DNA of 64,000 nucleotides from NCBI GenBank assembly GCA_016618085.1, contig JABLTG010000023.1, positions 62,001 through 126,000 on the forward strand, written 5' to 3'. The notes under the pieces were generated by a model. The model made no database searches. It was not told the origin of the DNA and was given only the letters and a program-made list of their open reading frames with translations. Source of the stretch: Neovahlkampfia damariscottae. Taxonomy: Eukaryota. Of the stretch, positions 22,204 through 32,156 are shown piece after piece. Made by a program: the position numbers and the translations under genes. Positions within the stretch are counted from its first letter, which is position 1; the number at the start of each line of letters is the position of its first letter.

Positions 22204-24189
22204 TTATCTAAATAATTTTTTTAATTTTTCTTTTCTTTTGATCCAAGAAGGTAAATTGGTTAGGTTTTTTTTCTGTTGGCTGTCGATGATTTTTTTCAAA
22301 TTTGTGTGCAAGTCTTCGTCATCTTTTTTTGTTTCAGCATATTGAAGAAAAATGGATTTAATTTCAGAAATAGAAACTTCTTTCAAATTCGAATATAAAT
22401 CATACTCATCTTTGATGATTATTTTCTTTACTTTTTCGTTGATTTGTTTTTGAAGATTGATTGATAATTTACGTTCCAGTAAAAGTTCATATGCTATTTT
22501 TGAGATCTGAAGGATGTTCTCTTTGATATATAGTTTGTCAAATGTATCCTTTTGAACAATTAAATCGGATTCTATTGACAAAATTAATGCATCTTTTTTG
22601 TTTAATTTATTCATTTTCCACATTTCAATCATTCTGTCAATAGATTGAATTAATTTATTCAGATCTTTTAACTTGAAATCATTTTCATCAATAATTCTTT
22701 GTAAATCTTCAATGGATGTGATTCCATTCAATTTCTCAATCTTTTCAATTGGAAAAAGTGTTGAATAATAAAACACACCTGAAAGTGATATTTGATGACT
22801 AATCATAAATTGAATGATTGAATTATCATAAATCAAGTTTTCTTCATTATTTATAAATCGAAGAAAAATTGAGTCATTGATAATTTCCCTTTTGTGGACA
22901 TTGAAAATATTCATCTGTTTAGGAGACTCCAATGAACGCTTTTCCACAGTATCATTTGGAGTTGTGATGATATTATCAAGGCTCTTTGTTTTTTCATGAA
23001 TGAAATCGGACTTAAAAATTTGATTTGAAGTTCCAGGATTCAAAGAATTCATCTCAGTTTCTTCTTCTTTCAATGGAGATTTTGATTCTAAATTACTCAG
23101 TAACTCATCTTCTTCTTCAAAAATGACTTTTCGATTTTCATATTGACGTATTGATTTTATCATTTCAGGTGTGATATCAGGATCAGGTGATCTCCCAGAA
23201 GTGAATCCCAATCCTAATCTTTCTTTGATTGTTTTCTTTTTCTTTTGTGATTGGTTTCTGTTCATATCTTTCTTCCATTCTTCATGGAACTTTTGAGTAT
23301 CGTTTTGTAATTCCTCAATCAACCCTGATGCAATTACAGAAATAGGAATCCCAAAAACGGCCAATGGCAGAAATGCACCAACAGTAACACAAAACTTCCC
23401 AAAGAAAGTCACTGGGACGACATCACCATAACCAATAGTGGAAAGTGTAACCATAACAAAATACATTGTCCTGGGTATAGATCCAAAATGTGTTGGATCT
23501 TGATCTTTTTCAGCAACATACATGAACATTCCAAAAAATATCACTACTGAAAAAACTAAAATCAAACTTACTGCAAATTCTCTCATTTTTGAAGTAATAA
23601 CCTTTTTTAGAATCCCAAATACATTAAAAAAATAATGAAGTCGAATACAACGAAGAAATCTTAACAATCTAAAAATGAACAAAAAATTTGAAAGAGTATG
23701 TTCTAAATCTTCATCAAATGCAATATATCTCGCATAAAATTTGATAGTTACGTAAACTAAAGCAGGTATTACTGATAATAAATCCATGAGATTCCAAAAT
23801 GAAAATATATAGCGGCATCTATTTGACCATCTTTTTGATTTTAGTTTTTCTGATGATTCAGAAGACCAAATACGTAAAATCACTTCAATTGTGAAAACGA
23901 CAGTAAAAAGGGTTTCCAAGATTAAAAATATTGTGGATATAACATCAAATTGTTCAACAATTAAAGGTTCTGTTTCCAGTATAATACAAAATAAATTAAC
24001 ACAAATTAAGCTGATGATAAAAATATTGACAATAGCACCTGATGTTGATGGCGTTTCTTGGTCTAATGAATTCCAAATGTAAAAACGTATTTTTTCATAT
24101 GTTGATTTTTTCTCTTGTAATTCGTTGGTGCCCATTGTAGTTAAAGAAATATTTCTTCCAATACCGAGCATTTTGGCAACATTACTCAT
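22204..24189 (-). CDS. Voltage-gated potassium channel (6TM) with long C-terminal tail
   Basis: S4-like FRLLRFLRCIRL; pore FGSIPRTMYF..TLSTIGYGDVVP; S6 helix. Confidence 0.93.
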   Translation of the reverse strand: MSNVAKMLGIGRNISLTTMGTNELQEKKSTYEKIRFYIWNSLDQETPSTSGAIVNIFIISLICVNLFCIILETEPLIVEQFDVISTIFLILETLFTVVFTIEVILRIWSSESSEKLKSKRWSNRCRYIFSFWNLMDLLSVIPALVYVTIKFYARYIAFDEDLEHTLSNFLFIFRLLRFLRCIRLHYFFNVFGILKKVITSKMREFAVSLILVFSVVIFFGMFMYVAEKDQDPTHFGSIPRTMYFVMVTLSTIGYGDVVPVTFFGKFCVTVGAFLPLAVFGIPISVIASGLIEELQNDTQKFHEEWKKDMNRNQSQKKKKTIKERLGLGFTSGRSPDPDITPEMIKSIRQYENRKVIFEEEDELLSNLESKSPLKEEETEMNSLNPGTSNQIFKSDFIHEKTKSLDNIITTPNDTVEKRSLESPKQMNIFNVHKREIINDSIFLRFINNEENLIYDNSIIQFMISHQISLSGVFYYSTLFPIEKIEKLNGITSIEDLQRIIDENDFKLKDLNKLIQSIDRMIEMWKMNKLNKKDALILSIESDLIVQKDTFDKLYIKENILQISKIAYELLLERKLSINLQKQINEKVKKIIIKDEYDLYSNLKEVSISEIKSIFLQYAETKKDDEDLHTNLKKIIDSQQKKNLTNLPSWIKRKEKLKKLFR

Positions 24190-24290
24190 CTCTTTTTGGT
24201 TTTTTTTAAATTATTTTTTTTCCATACTTTGAGTTGATGGTGGAGAAATGAGGAAAATGATTGGTTGTTGAATTCAAAATAGACAATAGT

Positions 24291-25112
24291 TTATAAATCG
24301 ATTACTTTTTGGGTATATCCTATCCTTGACCCTCTCATATAGTAACCAACTTGATTTGAAACAATTCTGGTTTTTCCTTCACTTGATTTTTCAATGTAAT
24401 CAACATTTTCGTGAGTATGACCAAAACACCAGATTTTTACATTTTCTTTCATTAATTTTTCCATTCCTTTGTTTGAAAAATATTCTTTTAATGCTTCAGC
24501 TTCTTCCTTTTTCAGTTCATTTTTGATCAAAGATGCTTCAAATGGTGGATGATGAGTCAAAATGACAATCTGTTGATCTTTGGTACTGTTTAATATTTCT
24601 TTTTCTATAAATTTTACATCTTCAAGATGCCAATTTTTGACATTTTGCATTTTCAAATTTTTTGATTTTTCACCATCATTGAGATGAATGGATTTAAAAT
24701 CACTGATCAAATATTCAACAATTTTTGATTGATCTTCATCTTCTGTATAACTCCATAATGTTACACCTATGAATTTTATATTATTAAATTCAAAACAACC
24801 TCGATCTAAGACATGAACATTTTCATATTTTGAAAACAATTTTTCATTCCATTCTTCTTGACAAGTTTTGCTTTTTTCTGCTGTATAATGATAAAATTCA
24901 TGATTTCCAAAAAGAATTAAAACATGTTCAAATGCAGTTGTAACTTTATCAAGCAGTTTTTTGTATTCAGATATTTTTTTTAGAGTTGAAATATCACCCA
25001 ACAAGCAAAGGATGTCTGTTTTTGGATTTTCTGTTTGTTCAATAGGTGGTATTTTTGATAATGTCAGTGGAAATTCCAGATGAAGGTCCGAAGCGATTTG
25101 AAACCTCACCAT
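24291..25112 (-). CDS. Calcineurin-like metallophosphoesterase
   Basis: SDLHLEF, LGDI, GNHEFY, GVTLWS, THHPP, FGHTH, SNQVGY. Confidence 0.9.
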   Translation of the reverse strand: MVRFQIASDLHLEFPLTLSKIPPIEQTENPKTDILCLLGDISTLKKISEYKKLLDKVTTAFEHVLILFGNHEFYHYTAEKSKTCQEEWNEKLFSKYENVHVLDRGCFEFNNIKFIGVTLWSYTEDEDQSKIVEYLISDFKSIHLNDGEKSKNLKMQNVKNWHLEDVKFIEKEILNSTKDQQIVILTHHPPFEASLIKNELKKEEAEALKEYFSNKGMEKLMKENVKIWCFGHTHENVDYIEKSSEGKTRIVSNQVGYYMRGSRIGYTQKVIDL

Positions 25113-25199
25113 TGTTCTTGAATAACCAATCAATTCCACTTATTGTAAATCTATTCCATAAATCAAGTTCATGCATTTTTTTCTTTTCAAATTGAATAA

Positions 25200-25823
25200 A
25201 TGTTTCTTTACTTTTTTTTAACCTCAGAATTTTTTAAAGAAATTTGTCGAACAAAAATCCAGAAACAAATCAAACTGAGTTTGGACATTAATTTTTTACT
25301 CAAAAAATATGAAAATGATGATCTACTTTTAAACCAAAATACAAACATGATTTTAAGAAAAAAAGACGTTCAATTTTTAGGATCTACTTGGGATGCTAAA
25401 TTAACAAAAGAAAATGAACTATTTCTTTATTATGAAAATTACAGAATCAGACTTTTTTGTAAGGAAGAAGGAAATGTTTCCAAAGAAAACTTTCTCTTAG
25501 GAGAAATTAGAAAAAAAATTGAAGGAGATCTTTATGAACTAATCACAAGTGGAATTAGTTTAACTCAAGTAACATCTTCAAGTCGGAAAAATGAAGAAAA
25601 TGGTAATTTTCAAAATAAAAATGCAGAAAATTGGACAACTGAAGATGTATATAATTGGGCAACTTTTAATGCAAAAATTGATAAAACCGAAGAAGAAATA
25701 TTAAAAGATGAGCTTATTGATTGCATTGCTTTAACTTTTTTAACAGAAGAATATTTAAAAAATTCAAATTTAAAATTAGGGTTCAGAATTGAGTTATTGG
25801 AAGAAATTAAAAATTTGAAATAA
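25200..25823 (+). CDS. SAM-domain protein (start uncertain)
   Basis: C-terminal ENWTTEDVYNW..ILKDELIDCIALTFLTEEYLKNSNLKLGFRIELLEEI is a SAM pattern. Confidence 0.55.
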   Translation: MFLYFFLTSEFFKEICRTKIQKQIKLSLDINFLLKKYENDDLLLNQNTNMILRKKDVQFLGSTWDAKLTKENELFLYYENYRIRLFCKEEGNVSKENFLLGEIRKKIEGDLYELITSGISLTQVTSSSRKNEENGNFQNKNAENWTTEDVYNWATFNAKIDKTEEEILKDELIDCIALTFLTEEYLKNSNLKLGFRIELLEEIKNLK

Positions 25824-25965
25824 AGAGAATCGAATTTGAAGAACCAATCAAAATTGATCACAACGTCACAAATAAATTGAAAAAACATCAAATATTTCAA
25901 TTCCTTTTTATTTTACTCAGTCCAATCAAAACACTTTTTCAATTTCGAAATTTACGTATTTGAAA

Positions 25966-27729
25966 ATGACTGAAGTGGATGTGAAAAATTTGAGAAAAAC
26001 TGATTTAAAAAGAGAATTACAAACAAGAGGAATTTTTTCAAAAAGTCATAAAAAAACAGAATTGCTTCGTCTATTGATTGAAGAACTTGAAAAAGAGGGA
26101 TTAGAAATCAAAAAACAAAATGTTGAAGAAAAGACCAAAAAAAAAGAATTTCAAGATTTTCAATCATCAAAAGATTTAAATTGTTTACAATTTGTGAAAA
26201 GAAAAACTGTTTTTTTCAACACTTCTCAAACAGTTTGTCTTGAGATTTCTGCAGATGAAAAACATCTCATTGAATCGTCAAAAAAAAAAAAAACCTTTAC
26301 AACTTTATCAAGTATAAAAGACATTGTTTTTGAACAAGAAAATCTCATGAAGTTGGTTTTGAATACAGAAACATGTGAATTTCATTGTTCAAATAATTTC
26401 GCTGTGTCACAATGGAAAGTAGCAATGAGGTACTTCGTGTTGGAAAAAAGAGGAGCAAATCTTGATAAATCCAATATTTTGGATATTCCTACAAAGATTA
26501 AAGTTGGGGTTCCTCAATTTTTCACGATAGAATCCTTTGATCTTTTTGGTCGCAAGATCAATGTGGGAAATGACAATTGGAAAGTATGTTTAATTTCAGA
26601 AAATGGTGATGTTTACAACGCTGATGTAGTTGATTTTGAAGATGGTACTTATAAAATAGGATTTGTTCTGTTCAAAACTGGAATATTCAAACTAACAATT
26701 GCCATTAGAAATGAAATGACCACAACCTCCCTAATTGTATTCCCAGATGAAATCGATTTGAAAAAGACATTAATTGAAGCTCCAAGAACCCAAACAGCAG
26801 GAGAAATGTTTGAAATTTTGATTTTGATGAGAGACCAATTCAACAATATTGTTGAAACTTCTTCAGATAGATTTTCATTCAATATTTCTCATTCATTACT
26901 CACATTAACCAATTCTACGTCAAAACTTCACGAAAATAAATTTACAATCATAATCCATCAAGCTGATATGTTTGATCTCCAAATTACGTTTGATGATCAA
27001 AACATTTATGATGAAAAATTAGAAGTGATTCCTTCATCATATGACCATTTTAAAATTCAACAATTTGAAGGGATTTCAACTTCTTTAGTTGAAAACTCCT
27101 TTGATATTATGCTATTTGACAAATATAATAATTTACTACATACAAATCACAAAATACATGTTGATATCAAGAATGAAGAATTTGAAAGTGATCCAGGTGT
27201 TTTCTCTGAAATTCACTTTCAAAGAGGAACATACAAAGTTAAATTCACACCAAAATGGAAAGGAGAACACTCTATAGTTATTAATTTAAATAATGAAGCA
27301 CTGAATGAAATTCCAATCATTTTCAATAATTCAGCAAATTTCAATGAACCTCAAAGAAAAGAAGAATTTCAACAAAGGAAATTGAAAAAAATTGAGGAAG
27401 AAACAGAAAGAATTGAATTAGAAAAACGATATAAACTGAAAGAAGAAATAGAATACAAAATCAATCAAAAATATCCAGATTGGATTTCATTCAGAAATCT
27501 ATTGAACAGATTGTATTTTGATGTTTTTCCATTGCAGAATTTTCAACAAAATTTTTTGACAGAATTCGCAACAAAGGAAGATATGATGAAAATTTACAGA
27601 AAATTATTGTTTCAAATACACCCAGATCAATTGCAAAATCCTTCTTTAGAGCAAAAATTGGAAAAAGAAATTTTGTTCAGCAAATTACAAAATTCTGTTG
27701 AGAAATTTAGGAAATGGAATAAATTTTAA
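25966..27729 (+). CDS. SAP domain + PH-like + filamin-type Ig repeats + C-terminal J-domain-like protein
   Basis: SAP (LRKTDLKRELQTRG..KTELLRLL); filamin-like units (FTIESFDLFG..DFEDGTYKI; AGEMFEILILMRDQFNN; FDKYNN..GTYKVKFTP); YRKLLFQIHPD. Confidence 0.7.
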   Translation: MTEVDVKNLRKTDLKRELQTRGIFSKSHKKTELLRLLIEELEKEGLEIKKQNVEEKTKKKEFQDFQSSKDLNCLQFVKRKTVFFNTSQTVCLEISADEKHLIESSKKKKTFTTLSSIKDIVFEQENLMKLVLNTETCEFHCSNNFAVSQWKVAMRYFVLEKRGANLDKSNILDIPTKIKVGVPQFFTIESFDLFGRKINVGNDNWKVCLISENGDVYNADVVDFEDGTYKIGFVLFKTGIFKLTIAIRNEMTTTSLIVFPDEIDLKKTLIEAPRTQTAGEMFEILILMRDQFNNIVETSSDRFSFNISHSLLTLTNSTSKLHENKFTIIIHQADMFDLQITFDDQNIYDEKLEVIPSSYDHFKIQQFEGISTSLVENSFDIMLFDKYNNLLHTNHKIHVDIKNEEFESDPGVFSEIHFQRGTYKVKFTPKWKGEHSIVINLNNEALNEIPIIFNNSANFNEPQRKEEFQQRKLKKIEEETERIELEKRYKLKEEIEYKINQKYPDWISFRNLLNRLYFDVFPLQNFQQNFLTEFATKEDMMKIYRKLLFQIHPDQLQNPSLEQKLEKEILFSKLQNSVEKFRKWNKF

Positions 27730-28545
27730 TCAAAATTTCCATTCTTTTTGTGTCGGTGTTTCTTTAGGTTCTTCTTTTTTTTGTGGTTTTAACCAAATTG
27801 GATATTTATTTTTTTCATTGATCATTGTTGATCCAATGGTAAAATCTTTGTAATATTTTTTCACTTCTTCTTGATTGAACTTAATTTCATAAGGTTTTTC
27901 TTGCTTTTTTAATTTCACGAAAAAACTTTCACATTTTGATAATGCCATATTTTCATATTTGAATTCTAAGTCAATTGGAAAAATGAATTCACAGGAAATT
28001 TGATCAGATGGTTTTAATTCGGATTTTATTTCATCCAATTCAATTCCATTTTTACTTATTATTCTCGGATTTTCATTTTGAATGAATTCTTGATATTCTT
28101 CTTCTTCAAAAACTTCTTCCATTTCACCATCCTTCAAAACAGGTGGCAAAAATTTTTTTGGTAATTTTTTTTTACCATCTAAAACTAATATAAAAGAGTC
28201 ATCTAATACATCAATTTCATAAGTATTCTTTGGATGGTTGTTCATTATTTCCACTTGAAAAGTTAACTTTCCAGGTACATATGTATCTCTTGCATGTGAA
28301 ATTGTAATAAAAAAAGAAAGATCATTTTCTTTTTTAACTGCAAAAAAACATGTTTTTTCGTTAATTTTTGATGGTGGTTTTAAATCTTTTGATTTAATAG
28401 GTTCAACACAAAGATATTGATGAGTTTCCCAATGTTTATATTGACATTTCTGATCACAATAATACGCATTTTTACAATTTGAACATTGTAATAATTTTTC
28501 TTTTTCTTTTCTGCAACAACTGCAATTTTTTTGTGAAGAGAACAT
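27730..28545 (-). CDS. MYND zinc-finger protein
   Basis: CSCC..LLQCSNCKNAYYCDQKCQYKHWETHQYLC. Confidence 0.85.
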   Translation of the reverse strand: MFSSQKNCSCCRKEKEKLLQCSNCKNAYYCDQKCQYKHWETHQYLCVEPIKSKDLKPPSKINEKTCFFAVKKENDLSFFITISHARDTYVPGKLTFQVEIMNNHPKNTYEIDVLDDSFILVLDGKKKLPKKFLPPVLKDGEMEEVFEEEEYQEFIQNENPRIISKNGIELDEIKSELKPSDQISCEFIFPIDLEFKYENMALSKCESFFVKLKKQEKPYEIKFNQEEVKKYYKDFTIGSTMINEKNKYPIWLKPQKKEEPKETPTQKEWKF

Positions 28546-28634
28546 TTCCGCTAAATAATTGGTCAATTTCCAATATCCAATTAAATCAATTTTCTTTGAC
28601 AACAGTTACTTGAAGGGAAGAAGATAAAAAAAAA

Positions 28635-29922
28635 ATGTTTGGTGATGGATTTACGAAACTCAAATATATGGCAAAAGGTGGTTTAATGGGTATGAAACAA
28701 ACCAATGATGATGAGTATGAAGCAAAGAAAAAAAGATTCCAAAATTATGAAGTTGAACTTAAAGAACTTCAAAAACACGTTCAAAATTTGAACAAACATT
28801 TTTCAGGTTTCTTTTTTTTATGATTAAATATTTCATCAGCAATCTCTTCAACTTTAGGATTCATCGCTGAAACATCTTCAAAAATTTATGAGGAAAATGA
28901 CACTACTCATCAAAGCATTGAAAAATTAAGTCACATTGTTTCTGATATAGAACAAAATCAATTACCTTTATTCGTATATTTTTTCAATTTTTATTTATCA
29001 TTTTTTTGTCATAGGAACAAAGTATTAAAAAAAAAGTTTATGAACCACTTGACGCTATTGGATGTAATGAAGTACATAAATTAATGGATCAACGTGAACT
29101 TTCTTTGATCAAATTTGATGAAAAAACAGAAGAAGTCAAGAGATTAGTGTCAAAACCACCAAATGATCCAGCTAAATTACCATTGGCAAAAGAAGCACAT
29201 AAACAAGCAACTCAAAGTTATAACTATTTTAATAATGCAACAAAAGTTAAATTCCAAGAACTTTTAGACCACAAAGAATACTTTGATGCAATCATGTTTG
29301 ATGTAAGTCTAACACTATCTTTTAAAAAAAATAGTTACACGAAACTACAACACTGCTTTTGGATTCCATGTCAGATTCATTGAAAATATCAAGTTCCATC
29401 TTTGAAGAATCTAAAAATACAGTTATTCCAAGAGAAAAAGTGAATACTATGACACTTGAAAAAATGAACTTGAATCCAGATGAAATGAATCAACAACCAT
29501 TATCAGAAACATCTTCATTCTTAGCGCCTGATTCATCATCAACTGTAATTCAACAAAATCAACAACAACAACAACAACCTCAATATAGACCATTGGATAG
29601 TTATCATTCATCACCTCAAGGTTCATTTGGGAGTCAAGGAAGTCAAAAAGGATCATTTGGTCAACAAAATCAACAACCACAAAAAATATCAACACCTGAA
29701 CCAGAACAAAAATCTTTCATTCCTTCAGAGTATTTATCAACTGAATGGTATTTTGTTGATGCAAAAGCAAAACAACAAGGACCTTATTCATTTGCTCAGT
29801 TGAAGAAATTATTTAAAGATGGAGTTATTACTCAAAATACACACGTTTTTGGAGGTGATTTGTCTTCATGGACAAAAATTGTTACAAATCCGAAATTATT
29901 TGGAATATTCAAAATGGATTAA
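28635..29922 (+). CDS. Amphiphysin-like BAR domain protein with C-terminal GYF_2 (DUF4339) domain, 4 exons
   Basis: TNDDEYEAKKKRF..LQKH and RELSLIKFD..KLPLAKE..YNYFN BAR pattern; Gln-rich linker; WYFVD..QQGPYSFAQLKKLF..ITQNTHVF..W. Confidence 0.8.
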
Positions 29923-30175
29923 AAGTATTTTTTCTTTGACAACAAGATTTCATATTTTTAATAATTTCGATTTTTCAATGGAAACCAAGCAGATTCTTTG
30001 ATCATTGGTTGATTTTCAATAACAAGATGTTCCATGCTTTCATTCATATGTTCTTTTTTCAACCAAATTTGAATATTTTCGTATCCAATGATCAACAATC
30101 AATCCAATAAACTCAAAGAATCTGTTGAACAGACTGAAAAAAAAAGAATTCCAATCAAAAAAAAAATTATTTTCT

Positions 30176-30859
30176 TTAAATCAGTTGTCCAAATTCGAAT
30201 GTTTTTTTTCCTTTGAATCCTTTAAATCCAACGTACTGTACATCTATATTTGATTTTGAAATTGGATTTTTTGAACTGATCAATTCTAAAAGAAAAAAGT
30301 TAAAAGTTTCAATTGTGTTACTTAAAAGAACATAGTCACCATATCTTGGAATTGGCAATTTAAAGACACCAACATTATTTTTTTTCAGTTCAAAAAAAAT
30401 AGCAGGATCATTTTCATGTTCTGTCTCGCCTATTAAATCAAGAGCTCTTCTATATCTACTATATTTATCTTTTGTAAAATTATCAAATGTGACAGTTTTA
30501 TCAATATCCAATTTATCATTTGAAACAAATAAAATACCAGATTCCAAAGGGCAAGTAAAGCTGAAAAAAAAAAAATCAAAAAAAAAAAAAAGTTTTACCC
30601 AATTTCAGGAGACTGGATGATGATATGGGTGATGATTACAGGTCCTTCATTTGATTTTAGCAGTATATTTATGTTTTCATTTTTAATTGTACAATAAACA
30701 CTTGCATCTGGAGTGAGCTATAGATTTTGAATTAAAACTGAAATTATATTTTACAATATTCTCACATTTATATCCTTCTAACTCTGATCCATCAGTTGAT
30801 ACAATCGAAAAATCAAGAGTTTTTAATTCTCTGTTGAAGTCTTCTTTTGTTGGATTCAT
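30176..30859 (-). CDS. Conserved hypothetical protein, possible galactose-binding/discoidin-like beta fold, multi-exon
   Basis: Spliced FSIVSTDG..YKCENILTPDASVYCT..NINILL..GFTCPLESGILFVS..NIDVQYVGFKG. Confidence 0.5.
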
Positions 30860-30908
30860 ATTGATTGGATAAACAATTTTCCACCAATAAAAACACTATC
30901 AAAATTCA
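30860..30908. promoter_or_regulatory. 49-nt bidirectional promoter
   Basis: Lies between divergent ATGs at 30859 and 30909, with ATTGG at 30864-30868 and CCAAT at 30884-30888. Confidence 0.55.
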
Positions 30909-31562
30909 ATGTCTTTAGGTTGGTTAACAGAATCTTCAATTTTACCAAGAAAACAAAAAAACATAGAAGGCGTTTCTGCCAATACTATGGTTGATTTAAA
31001 AGCTTTAATTTATGACAAACAATCACAAAACAAAAATAAATCCATTCTTGGAAATTTAAATGAAAAAAAAGTCCTTGGAGCAAAGAATAAAAATGTTGAA
31101 CAAAGAATACAAAAAGATAAAGCAATCATGAGACAACAAGAACAACAAGATGTTGAAAAAAATCTCCGTAAAAAAGCAGTTTTATATGAAAAAATGTTAA
31201 AGGGTGAATTAGAAGATACATTTGATGATTCACTCATTGATTTTGATAGAAAAGAAGAAATAAATGAGTATCAAACAACTGTTGATGAAGATTTTCTTAT
31301 TGGAAATAAACAGATTTTTTCAAAAGATATGGAAAACGCAGAAACAAGAAAAGAATGGGAAAATAATATCATACAAGATAAAAGAAAAGAAATATTAAAA
31401 ATTAAAAAATCAAAAAGTGTTCAAGGTGTTACTAATACAACAGCCTCAGCAAGAGAAAAAGTTAAAGAGATTAGAAGAGAAAAAAAAAAGAAATTGAAAA
31501 AGAGGATAATGAAGTTAAAGTTGAGGTCAAAAAAAAATGTTGAGCAGTTGGATTCTGATTAG
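30909..31562 (+). CDS. CCDC174: CCDC174-like (DUF4078) coiled-coil protein
   Basis: MSLGWLTESSILPRK..IEGV...VDLKA, NKNVEQR, LRKKAVLYEKM, LIDFDRK. Confidence 0.75.
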   Translation: MSLGWLTESSILPRKQKNIEGVSANTMVDLKALIYDKQSQNKNKSILGNLNEKKVLGAKNKNVEQRIQKDKAIMRQQEQQDVEKNLRKKAVLYEKMLKGELEDTFDDSLIDFDRKEEINEYQTTVDEDFLIGNKQIFSKDMENAETRKEWENNIIQDKRKEILKIKKSKSVQGVTNTTASAREKVKEIRREKKKKLKKRIMKLKLRSKKNVEQLDSD

Positions 31563-31667
31563 AAATAATGTACAAAAAAGTTTTAAAAATTTATAAATAA
31601 AAATTTTGGCTCTTAAGGTAGGAAATGTGATTAAATACAGTATGTACAAGTGAATTGTTTCTATTTT

Positions 31668-32006
31668 TCAATTATCTTCGTGGATGTCCTCAAAAAACAA
31701 TTCTTCTTTTTCCAATTCTGATTTTTCAACATTCCAGTTCTCTGTAAGTGCTGAAAACAGAGAATCAAGTTTTATCGGTTTTGGAAGTGTTTTATTTGTT
31801 TGATTTATAATTAACTTTGCAAATTCAATTTCTTGTAGTTCCTCTTTGTTCAATGAGTTTTCAAGATTTTGTTCCCTTTTGTCTTCTTGTGCTTTTTGTT
31901 CCAACAAGAGTTTTTTTCGAAGTTTCTTTTCTGTTCTATATTTTTTGTATTCTGTGAAAGAAGAATAGACCTTGGGCACATTAACGGCTTCAGTACTTTT
32001 CTCCAT
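31668..32006 (-). CDS. Small hypothetical protein
   Basis: 112-aa ATG ORF with ATTGG box ~15 nt upstream. Confidence 0.45.
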   Translation of the reverse strand: MEKSTEAVNVPKVYSSFTEYKKYRTEKKLRKKLLLEQKAQEDKREQNLENSLNKEELQEIEFAKLIINQTNKTLPKPIKLDSLFSALTENWNVEKSELEKEELFFEDIHEDN

Positions 32007-32156
32007 CTCAAAAGAAGTTGATTGGTCAAAGGTCTGAGTCTTGAAAAGGTATTCAAAATGTCACTTCTTTTTTATTTTCAAAAATCCACAAATTATTCGT
32101 GAGTTATTTTTAGGATAAAAAACGTTTTAATTGGTTCAAAAAACAAAGTTGAAGAA

